From NCBI GenBank assembly GCA_003278045.1, contig QCHG01000003.1, positions 23,029 through 87,028 of the forward strand: DNA of 64,000 nt, given 5' to 3'. The stretch comes from Prochlorococcus sp. AG-402-A04. Its GTDB lineage: Bacteria; Cyanobacteriota; Cyanobacteriia; PCC-6307; Cyanobiaceae. The position numbers and the translations under genes are program-made. Within the stretch, counting starts at the first letter, position 1. Every line of letters starts with the position of its first letter. Below the pieces are notes generated by a model, which saw only the letters and a list, made by a program, of their open reading frames with translations, was not told the origin of the DNA and did no database searches. Shown piece after piece: positions 1 to 6,387 of the stretch.

Positions 1-942
1 GTTTTAAATATTGAACAATTTAAAAAGTTAATTTTAGTCAGTTGCCGATTAGGGGTAAATTCTTTAAGAATCACTGGAGGAGAACCTTTATTGAGTTCTC
101 AATTAGATGAACTTCTTTATGAAATTAAATCGCAAAGATTAGAAGAATCAAATCCAGTAGCTAATTTACAGGATATTTCTCTAACCACAAATGGATATTT
201 GCTCTCTAAGAAAAAAGCTAATGAGCTTTTAAAAAATGGTTTAGACCGCATAACAGTAAGTTTAGATGCGATTGATCCTGATATTTTTTCAAACATGATT
301 GGAGAGGAAAATAAAATTATTGGCAAAGAAAAATTATTTACTGTCCTTGAAGGAATAGATCATGCAATTAATGCTGGATTTAATCCAAAGGCGGGGAAAT
401 TAAAAATAAATTCAGTTATAAAAAAAGAGATTAATGAAAATCAAATTTTTGAATTAGTTGATTTTGCAAAAAAAAGGTCTATAGAAATTCGTTTCATTGA
501 GTATATGGACGTAGGTATATCTAATAATTGGCAGCCATCAGATGTTTTTTTCTCTGAAAGAATTATTAGGCTATTAAAGAAGAAATATCGATTAAAAGAC
601 TACGGAAGAAAGGAGGGACAAACTGCTAATAGATGGTACATGAGTGATTCAAATAGTTTTGTAAGTACAATCTCTTCAATAAGTAATCCTTTTTGTTCAG
701 ACTGTAATAGATTGAGGATAACTAGCGATGGTTATGCTTATACATGTCTTTTTTCTAATGAAGGTATAAATCTAAACCCATGGTTGTCTCTACCAATTAA
801 TCTCCATGAATTGGAAAATAAAATCAAGAGCATTTGGGAAGCTAGAGAAGATAACTATAGTGAAGATCGATTTAAAGTATTAGAGAAAAAAACTGACAAA
901 AATCAAAAAATTCATCCATCAATGTCATATCTTGGGGGATAA
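1..942 (+). CDS. moaA: GTP 3',8-cyclase MoaA (molybdenum cofactor biosynthesis), 5' end outside window
   Basis: Frame is open from base 1 (LRITGGEPLL). Has RFIEYM, the C-terminal CxxC-x13-C cluster (FCSDCNRLRITSDGYAYTC) and the terminal MSYLGG double glycine. Confidence 0.93.
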   Translation, partial: VLNIEQFKKLILVSCRLGVNSLRITGGEPLLSSQLDELLYEIKSQRLEESNPVANLQDISLTTNGYLLSKKKANELLKNGLDRITVSLDAIDPDIFSNMIGEENKIIGKEKLFTVLEGIDHAINAGFNPKAGKLKINSVIKKEINENQIFELVDFAKKRSIEIRFIEYMDVGISNNWQPSDVFFSERIIRLLKKKYRLKDYGRKEGQTANRWYMSDSNSFVSTISSISNPFCSDCNRLRITSDGYAYTCLFSNEGINLNPWLSLPINLHELENKIKSIWEAREDNYSEDRFKVLEKKTDKNQKIHPSMSYLGG

Positions 943-1017
943 AAAATTATTTAGTATAAATAACAACATCATATATTCTTAATTCGAGGGAAATTAACTT
1001 CAAATTTATATTCTTGG

Positions 1018-1158
1018 ATGCGTTTAGCGATCTTACTTGGTTTTATTTTTGGGGTAACTCACGGAACTGTTGTTTCCGAAAGTTATTCTGCAAACAATTA
1101 TGAAAATAATCAATTATTTTTTACTCAAAAAAATTCAAATATATTTTCATCACTTTAA
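1018..1158 (+). CDS. small hypothetical protein (46 aa) with hydrophobic N-terminus, possibly a remnant
   Basis: Hand-translated: MRLAILLGFIFGVTHGTVVSESYSANNY...; below the ORF-track cutoff. Confidence 0.35.
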   Translation: MRLAILLGFIFGVTHGTVVSESYSANNYENNQLFFTQKNSNIFSSL

Positions 1159-1236
1159 AATTTAATTTCTTTTTTTTTAATAAGTTTTTGTATTGCCATT
1201 AACATCTTGTAAATCAAATTATACTTATAGTTAAAA

Positions 1237-1252
1237 TGTAGCGTAGACTACA
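1237..1252 (+). promoter_or_regulatory. NtcA-binding site overlapping the -10 box (repressor geometry)
   Basis: TGTA-gcgtagac-TACA matches GTA-N8-TAC with canonical flanks. It contains a TAGACT -10 (1245-1250) 6 nt before the riboswitch start. Confidence 0.75.
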
Positions 1253-1256
1253 TAAA

Positions 1257-1315
1257 CGTTCATCTCGTTTAACGAGCCGCATTAAGATTGAAGCCAAGGA
1301 ACGGGGACTTCAGTC
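1257..1315 (+). ncRNA. glutamine-II riboswitch (Downstream-peptide RNA motif)
   Basis: P1 is CGTTC/GGAACG, the P2 hairpin is CTCGTT/AACGAG followed by CGCA, and the pseudoknot is GATTGAAG/CTTCAGTC. The ATG lies 4 nt downstream. Confidence 0.88.
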
Positions 1316-1319
1316 AAAA

Positions 1320-1649
1320 ATGAAATTTAGTCACATAACTATTATGTCTAATAACGTATCTACCTCAGTAAGTAGTAACAATATTACTGCTGTATTTGCA
1401 GGTTTTCTTGGAGCATTTATTGTTGGTTCTCTTGGAGTCCAACTTGTAAGAACCCAAAAGCCTTCTTTTCAATCTCAACCATTAAAAGTTCAACCAGTTA
1501 TCGCTCATCAATCAACTTTATGGGCAGCTTTAGGAGAACAAGATACTCCTATTGTTAAAAATAAAGTTTCTAATGCAAAAACTACAGGAGTTGTCCCTGT
1601 TATAGGTTCTGAAGCAACTCTTTGGGCTCCTCTAGGTTTAGGTAATTAG
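1320..1649 (+). CDS. riboswitch-controlled membrane-anchored hypothetical protein with two PVI-x4-TLWAxLG repeats
   Basis: 109-aa ORF with one hydrophobic helix (ITAVFAGFLGAFIVGSLGVQLV) and an internal repeat, followed by a terminator. Confidence 0.75.
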   Translation: MKFSHITIMSNNVSTSVSSNNITAVFAGFLGAFIVGSLGVQLVRTQKPSFQSQPLKVQPVIAHQSTLWAALGEQDTPIVKNKVSNAKTTGVVPVIGSEATLWAPLGLGN

Positions 1650-1673
1650 TAAATTAAGTCTTTTAATAAACCG

Positions 1674-1699
1674 AAGGGGGTTTTTAACCCCCTTTTTTT
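1674..1699 (+). terminator. rho-independent terminator
   Basis: AAGGGGGT/ACCCCCTT stem followed by a T-tract. Confidence 0.85.
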
Positions 1700-1781
1700 A
1701 TTAATTGCATTAAAAAGATGATTGAAAATTTTCAATCCAATTTATGGATAACTATAAATTAAATCAGGGTTTGAAGACAAT

Positions 1782-1826
1782 GTAATCGTAGATACCAACA
1801 GCTTTTTTATTAATTGATTATAAATT
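1782..1826 (+). promoter_or_regulatory. NtcA-activated (class II-type) promoter
   Basis: GTA-atcgtaga-TAC (1782-1795), then 23 nt, then TATAAA (1819-1824). Predicted +1 near 1831. Confidence 0.62.
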
Positions 1827-1830
1827 AAAC

Positions 1831-1930
1831 ACACGAGTTAACCCGTTCCAATTTGTTGACTCTGAGGTTTTAACCGTTGACTCCTTATCTACTTCTAGTT
1901 GTGACTCGCTAGTTTCAAGATTCAAAAACG
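1831..1930 (+). ncRNA. candidate structured sRNA or regulatory 5' leader
   Basis: GAGTTAAC/GTTGACTC stem (G-U pair favours the + strand) with loop CCGTTCCAATTT. There is a second GTTGACTC copy, and the stretch is GC-richer than its flanks. Confidence 0.5.
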
Positions 1931-1950
1931 GTATTTATGTATCTTAAATT

Positions 1951-2088
1951 ATGGAAAAAAAAATCGCAAAGAAATACGCCGATCTTATAGTCCAGGCTAA
2001 TAATTCAACAGGCAGAAAAGAAACTTTGTCATTGATTAAACAAGCAACAAAATTAAAAACCAAACTTGATCAATACGAAATGATGTAG
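1951..2088 (+). CDS. small helical hypothetical protein (45 aa)
   Basis: Hand-translated: MEKKIAKKYADLIVQANNSTGRKETLSLIKQATKLKTKLDQYEMM. Resembles picocyanobacterial island microproteins. Confidence 0.7.
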   Translation: MEKKIAKKYADLIVQANNSTGRKETLSLIKQATKLKTKLDQYEMM

Positions 2089-2199
2089 TCTCTTAAAATC
2101 TACAGGATATTCAAGATGAGGTAGAAACTAGTTCCTTTTTTTTATCCTGCTATAAAATTACTAAGAGATTATTTAACTTATCTGCTTTAATAAAATATC

Positions 2200-2490
2200 G
2201 TGGAATTAACTGACCTAATTAAGGATTACGTTGCTACAGAATTATTATCAAGTATTGAAATTGATTTTCTTGAAGGAGAATTATGGGAAACCACTCAACA
2301 TATTGCAGAAATAAATACAGTTATCAAAGCTCCAAAAAATATATGCAAGAAATTGGGACTAGATGAAAAATCTTGCTGGCAATTATGTTGTGCAGCCGTT
2401 CTTGACTCCTCAAGACCATTAAAAAATGGACAAAAGAGAGTAGATGATTTTAAAAAATTAATTAATCGATATGAAATCAGCTACATATAA
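2200..2490 (+). CDS. hypothetical protein
   Basis: 96-aa ORF, first of a tightly packed 3-gene run. Confidence 0.7.
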   Translation: MELTDLIKDYVATELLSSIEIDFLEGELWETTQHIAEINTVIKAPKNICKKLGLDEKSCWQLCCAAVLDSSRPLKNGQKRVDDFKKLINRYEISYI

Positions 2491-2502
2491 ACTAAAGACT
2501 CA

Positions 2503-2799
2503 ATGATACGTTTACTTATTGCATCAATTCTTTTTTTTACTCCACTAGGAGGTTTTGCTGATGAAAAGCAAAGAGAAATTGAGAATGAAGCTATAAATCT
2601 TGTTATTAAAAAATATGGAAAAGGCTTAGAAAATAGATTAAAAGGAACAGGAGTAACTCCCAGTTATCGAAGTTGGTATGAAAATGATTGTTTTGTAAGT
2701 ATTGCAGCAGGTACATATCGAGAAGATACTTGGTCGGCAATGAAGTGGTTTAGCGTTAATGTCTGTTCTGAATCAGCTGAAATAATGGAAAGTGAATGA
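2503..2799 (+). CDS. secreted hypothetical protein
   Basis: N-terminal signal peptide (MIRLLIASILFFTPLGGFA) and two Cys. Overlaps the next gene by 4 nt. Confidence 0.7.
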   Translation: MIRLLIASILFFTPLGGFADEKQREIENEAINLVIKKYGKGLENRLKGTGVTPSYRSWYENDCFVSIAAGTYREDTWSAMKWFSVNVCSESAEIMESE

Positions 2800-3533
2800 A
2801 GGAAATAAAACGCCTATTAGTTTTGCAGCATTTAGAAATAGAGGGACCTGGTCTTTTTGAACAATTTGCTAAAGAAAGAGATTTAAAAATAGAAATTATT
2901 CGTTTAGATAATAAAAATGCTCTGCCGCAAACAAAAAAAGGTGACTTAATTTTAATTATGGGTGGACCAATGGGTGTTAAAGATATTGGAAGCGGAAAAT
3001 ATCCATGGCTTAAGTTAGAAAGAGATTTTATAAAAAAAGAATTAGAAAATGAGAGACCTATAGTCGGTGTTTGCTTAGGTGCTCAGTTGCTTGCGAGTGC
3101 TGCTGGGGGAGATGTAGAAATTCTTAAATATGGATCACCTCCAAAAGCATTACCAGAAATTGGATGGTCTCAAATTTTTATAGACAAATCGAATAAAGAC
3201 TTTAAAGCACTGTTTGAAGACCCTTTTCATGTACTACATTGGCATGGAGATAGGATTTTGTTACCTAATAAAGCGGTACTCATTGCTAGTAGCGCACTTT
3301 GTAAGGAACAGTTTTTTAGGATTGGTAATTTTGCTTACGGATTACAATTCCATATAGAGACGACGGGGGGAATGATAAATAACTGGATTAAAGAAGATAA
3401 AGAGTTTGTCCTTAAAGGATTAGGCTTAAATGGTCAGGAAATTTTAAAAGAAGAGAATAAAAAATATATTGATAAAACTTTTTCAAAAAGAAAGCTTCTA
3501 ATAAGTAAATTATTTGAATTATTAGATAATTAA
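2796..3533 (+). CDS. class I (type 1) glutamine amidotransferase, stand-alone
   Basis: Motifs MGGPMGV, GVCLGAQLLA (catalytic Cys), HWHGD and LQFHIE (His-Glu). Confidence 0.9.
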   Translation: MKEIKRLLVLQHLEIEGPGLFEQFAKERDLKIEIIRLDNKNALPQTKKGDLILIMGGPMGVKDIGSGKYPWLKLERDFIKKELENERPIVGVCLGAQLLASAAGGDVEILKYGSPPKALPEIGWSQIFIDKSNKDFKALFEDPFHVLHWHGDRILLPNKAVLIASSALCKEQFFRIGNFAYGLQFHIETTGGMINNWIKEDKEFVLKGLGLNGQEILKEENKKYIDKTFSKRKLLISKLFELLDN

Positions 3534-3549
3534 AAAGGGCATAATCCAT

Positions 3550-3574
3550 AAAAAAAGGGCTTGATAGAGCCCTG
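3550..3574 (-). terminator. terminator between the convergent GATase and hli genes
   Basis: AGGGCT/AGCCCT stem with an A-run on the left (T-tract on the minus strand). Confidence 0.7.
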
Positions 3575-3597
3575 AAAAAATTTATAAAGGATTTTCA

Positions 3598-3726
3598 CTA
3601 GAAAATACCTGGAAGAATTTGACCAGTAAAATAATAAGCTCCCACAAGAGCGAACATTCCAAGCATTGCTGCTTTACCATTAAGCTTTTCAGCTTTTTCG
3701 GTCATGATTTTTTTTGCGAATTCCAT
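3598..3726 (-). CDS. hli: high light inducible protein (42 aa)
   Basis: MEFAKKIMTEKAEKLNGKAAMLGMFALVGAYYFTGQILPGIF, with AExxNGxxAM and TGQIxPGIF motifs. Missed by the ORF track. Confidence 0.92.
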   Translation of the reverse strand: MEFAKKIMTEKAEKLNGKAAMLGMFALVGAYYFTGQILPGIF

Positions 3727-3752
3727 AACAAAGTGAAATAAATTATATCTAA

Positions 3753-3794
3753 AAACTAATTATTCAAATTTTAGAATGATGTAGTTTTTTCTAC
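3753..3794 (-). promoter_or_regulatory. NtcA-activated promoter of the minus-strand hli
   Basis: On the minus strand: GTA-gaaaaaac-TAC, exactly 22 nt, then TAGTTT. This is the canonical GTA-N8-TAC-N22-TAN3T. Confidence 0.75.
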
Positions 3795-4001
3795 CAAATT
3801 GATATCTTTCTAAGGATTTTAAAAAAAAATACTTAAACAACGAATTGAACTCTTAATAAAGTGCGCGATAATCTGTAAAGCGTAGCAAGCCTAAAAAACA
3901 ACTATTTAAATGTATATGCTACGGATCTGTGACAGTTATGTAGTAAATATCTTGAAAATAACTTAATTTCGGCTAAATACTTTACATTTATTAATAGTAG
4001 T

Positions 4002-4019
4002 GTTACATTAGTTAACAAT
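4002..4019 (+). promoter_or_regulatory. HLR1-like (RpaB) direct repeat upstream of the hli cluster
   Basis: GTTACATT-ag-TTAACAAT against the consensus (G/T)TTACA(T/A)(T/A)-N2 repeat. An extra TTTACATT lies at 3981. Confidence 0.6.
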
Positions 4020-4031
4020 TACACAACTTTA

Positions 4032-4238
4032 ATGGCTAATTCAAACGTTACTACTGAATCAGGTGGCAGACAGAATATGTTTCCTACTGAGACACGTCCT
4101 TACATAGATGAGTCTGTTTCATACGACAGCTACCCACAAAATGCAGAAAAAGTTAACGGTCGTTGGGCAATGATTGGCCTTGTTGCGTTAGTAGGTGCTT
4201 ACGTTTCAACCGGACAAATTATTCCTGGCATTTTTTAA
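4032..4238 (+). CDS. hli: high light inducible protein
   Basis: AEKVNGRWAMIG ... TGQIIPGIF. Confidence 0.93.
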   Translation: MANSNVTTESGGRQNMFPTETRPYIDESVSYDSYPQNAEKVNGRWAMIGLVALVGAYVSTGQIIPGIF

Positions 4239-4498
4239 TGAGTCCACTTTCAGGTTTCTTAGCTGTAATTGTATTCTTTACAGCCATCCTCGTTGCTTAT
4301 TTAACCAAGCAATTTCAAAACGAAAATTTAAACTATTCATCTTCTAATCAAATGAAAAACACAAACACAAAAGTCAAAACAATCGAAAAAGAAAAAGTTA
4401 TTGCTGAAACTCTTAACGGGAGATTCGCAATGCTTGGATTAATTGCTGCTGTTGGAGCATACCTAACAACAGGCCAAATAATTCCTGGTTTTGTTTAA
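4238..4498 (+). CDS. hli: high light inducible protein with N-terminal hydrophobic extension
   Basis: AETLNGRFAMLG ... TGQIIPGFV. Start moved to ATG 4238, which overlaps the previous stop (TAATG). Confidence 0.9.
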   Translation: MSPLSGFLAVIVFFTAILVAYLTKQFQNENLNYSSSNQMKNTNTKVKTIEKEKVIAETLNGRFAMLGLIAAVGAYLTTGQIIPGFV

Positions 4499-4533
4499 AA
4501 ACCTACTATTTAACATTTCTACAAATCAGAAAA

Positions 4534-4662
4534 ATGGAAAATTCAAAAACAACTTATTGGCAAAATGCCGAAAGGACTAATGGAAGAATGGCAATGATGG
4601 GCTTATTTGCATTAGTTGTAAATTATGGCTTATTCGGATGGATAATCCCAGGAATTTTTTAA
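4534..4662 (+). CDS. hli: high light inducible protein (42 aa)
   Basis: MENSKTTYWQNAERTNGRMAMMGLFALVVNYGLFGWIIPGIF; missed by the ORF track. Confidence 0.92.
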   Translation: MENSKTTYWQNAERTNGRMAMMGLFALVVNYGLFGWIIPGIF

Positions 4663-4663
4663 A

Positions 4664-4843
4664 ATGAATTTAGGCTTACTTTTTCTTAAAGTAAATACTT
4701 TGGGAGTTATAACTCTTACTGAACTTGATTGGATAACTAACCATCAATCTGAATTTTCAAGGTTAGATATGGCTTTAGTTATTAAGATCGGCCGTCTTAT
4801 GGATTCTGGAGTAGTAGAAGTTGATAATAGATTGCCTATTTAA
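4664..4843 (+). CDS. small hypothetical protein (59 aa) co-transcribed with the hli genes
   Basis: MNLGLLFLKVNTLGVITLTELDWITNHQSEFSRLDMALVIKIGRLMDSGVVEVDNRLPI. Starts 1 nt after the hli stop and is followed by a terminator. Confidence 0.75.
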   Translation: MNLGLLFLKVNTLGVITLTELDWITNHQSEFSRLDMALVIKIGRLMDSGVVEVDNRLPI

Positions 4844-4864
4844 TTTTTAAAAAATGATCGTCAT

Positions 4865-4902
4865 GAGTGTTTGTCAATAGGGATACTGACAAACACTTTT
4901 TT
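4865..4902 (+). terminator. terminator of the hli operon
   Basis: AGTGTTTGTCA/TGACAAACACT stem plus T-tract. Confidence 0.85.
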
Positions 4903-4920
4903 ATTAGAAAAAATATTTGT

Positions 4921-4960
4921 AAAAAAAAAGAGATTGTTTCTTAGCTAAAAACAATCTCTC
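4921..4960 (-). terminator. terminator for the minus-strand genes
   Basis: GAGATTGTTT/AAACAATCTC stem preceded by an A-run. Confidence 0.65.
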
Positions 4961-5052
4961 AATTACCTAATTCTTACATGAAAATTTCAAGTAAGCTTTC
5001 AGATCTTAACTGATTTGTTTTTATAGTAAATCCGTAGAAATGCTTTTGTAAT

Positions 5053-5268
5053 TTATCTTTTTAAACCACCTCTTTTTATCCAAAGGAACCATGTAACCCA
5101 AATAGGAGGAAGGAATCTAATTAAAAAAGAAATTTTATACATATAAAATGGGGCATTTTCACTTTGAAATAAATTCATCAAAAAGGAAGATATAGTTACC
5201 CAAAGTAAAATTATTAATATATTTGCTCCCAACAAAGCGAACTTATTTTGTTTGAATATTTTTGGCAT
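5053..5268 (-). CDS. small two-helix membrane protein
   Basis: 71 aa with two hydrophobic segments. Confidence 0.6.
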   Translation of the reverse strand: MPKIFKQNKFALLGANILIILLWVTISSFLMNLFQSENAPFYMYKISFLIRFLPPIWVTWFLWIKRGGLKR

Positions 5269-5326
5269 AAAATAAATTTTTTATATTCTTAATTTTAAAT
5301 AATCTCGGGAATTAAATTATATATTT

Positions 5327-5578
5327 TCAAAAAAACTTCAAATTTAAAATCCATATCCAAATAAAAAAAGTACTAAATTTCAATCCCTCTCCAAATAACA
5401 ATCCAAAAGCGATAGGAGGAGAAAATATTACAAAAAGAATAGAGAATAAACTAAATAACGCAAATGATCCTCTTAGAAAAAAATTCTTTCTTTTTGTTCT
5501 TCTTAGATTTTTTAAAGTATTCCACTCCCATTCGATAAACTTATAGAACTTTTCTGACAATAAAAAAAAATACTTCAT
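5327..5578 (-). CDS. small membrane hypothetical protein
   Basis: 83 aa, hydrophobic C-terminal half. Confidence 0.5.
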   Translation of the reverse strand: MKYFFLLSEKFYKFIEWEWNTLKNLRRTKRKNFFLRGSFALFSLFSILFVIFSPPIAFGLLFGEGLKFSTFFIWIWILNLKFF

Positions 5579-5631
5579 TAATATTATTAATTTCTATCGG
5601 CTTTTCTTATTTATAAAATTAATTTCACCCG

Positions 5632-5922
5632 TTAGCAATAAACCTTATCCCCTTCTTCAGAAAGATAGTAAATTTTATTTTCTGAACTTACGAAGAAAGT
5701 TAATCCCTTATATTGTGATCTTTTAAATTTATCTAATCTAAGTTTGTGTAAATCCCAATTATCAGTACTTATGTCAGGATTAAATGCTTGTTCTTTTAAG
5801 AAAGGTACATAAATTGGACTAATTGTTGTTTTTTGGGCTAACCCTCTATTTCGTTTTGAATAAAAAAGTAATAAAAATAAAAGTACAAAAAAAAGAATTA
5901 ATAATATATTTGTCATTGTCAA
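5632..5922 (-). CDS. membrane-anchored hypothetical protein
   Basis: N-terminal TM helix and a soluble C-terminus ending IYYLSEEGDKVYC. Confidence 0.7.
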   Translation of the reverse strand: MTMTNILLILFFVLLFLLLFYSKRNRGLAQKTTISPIYVPFLKEQAFNPDISTDNWDLHKLRLDKFKRSQYKGLTFFVSSENKIYYLSEEGDKVYC

Positions 5923-6059
5923 TTTTTCTAATTTGAAAAAACTTTATTTGGAAAATCAAGAACTTTTCACAATAAATTTCTTAGTAAGTAAAAAATCCTA
6001 TTTTTATATTCTTGTATTTTTGAATACTTATCAAGGGGTTACCTGAATCAGATTATAAA

Positions 6060-6221
6060 ATGAGTCGCATTTTCAACATGACTCAAAATTCCATGAATAC
6101 TCCTTATGCAAAAAGAGTAGCTGAAAAATTTAGAGAGGCTCAAAACTATTTAAAAACTAATGGTTTTAGTAGATCAACTAAACATTTACTGGAAGATATT
6201 GAAAATTCTGTTGAAAAATAA
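6060..6221 (+). CDS. small hypothetical protein (alternative start 6078)
   Basis: Hand-translated: ...MNTPYAKRVAEKFREAQNYLKTNGFSRSTKHLLEDIENSVEK. The stop overlaps the next ATG. Confidence 0.5.
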   Translation: MSRIFNMTQNSMNTPYAKRVAEKFREAQNYLKTNGFSRSTKHLLEDIENSVEK

Positions 6222-6379
6222 TGCCAATACCCCCTCATTTACCACAACTACAATATGGCTACGATGATGGCTTTACAACCATTGTTTTTGGGTTAATAGG
6301 AAGTTGCTTAGGATGTATCTTAATTTTATTAATTTCATTTTTTGAATTTAAATTCAAAAAGCAAAATAGTAAGCCTTAA
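6221..6379 (+). CDS. small single-TM protein (52 aa)
   Basis: MPIPPHLPQLQYGYDDGFTTIVFGLIGSCLGCILILLISFFEFKFKKQNSKP; coupled to the previous ORF via TAATG. Confidence 0.55.
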   Translation: MPIPPHLPQLQYGYDDGFTTIVFGLIGSCLGCILILLISFFEFKFKKQNSKP

Positions 6380-6387
6380 GAGACTTA

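Noticed and set aside
1831-1900. Second glutamine riboswitch on the minus strand (GGAACGGG flanked by GAGTCAAC/GTTAACTC)
   Set aside because: The 5' CGTTC and CGCA elements are missing, and the stem pairs better on the + strand (G-U versus C-A). I therefore read it as a + strand RNA.
3912-3922. GTA-N5-TAC upstream of the hli operon
   Set aside because: Wrong spacer length for NtcA.
4163-4237. N-terminal extension of the second hli given by the ORF track
   Set aside because: It overlaps the previous hli out of frame; ATG 4238 (TAATG coupling) is the plausible start.
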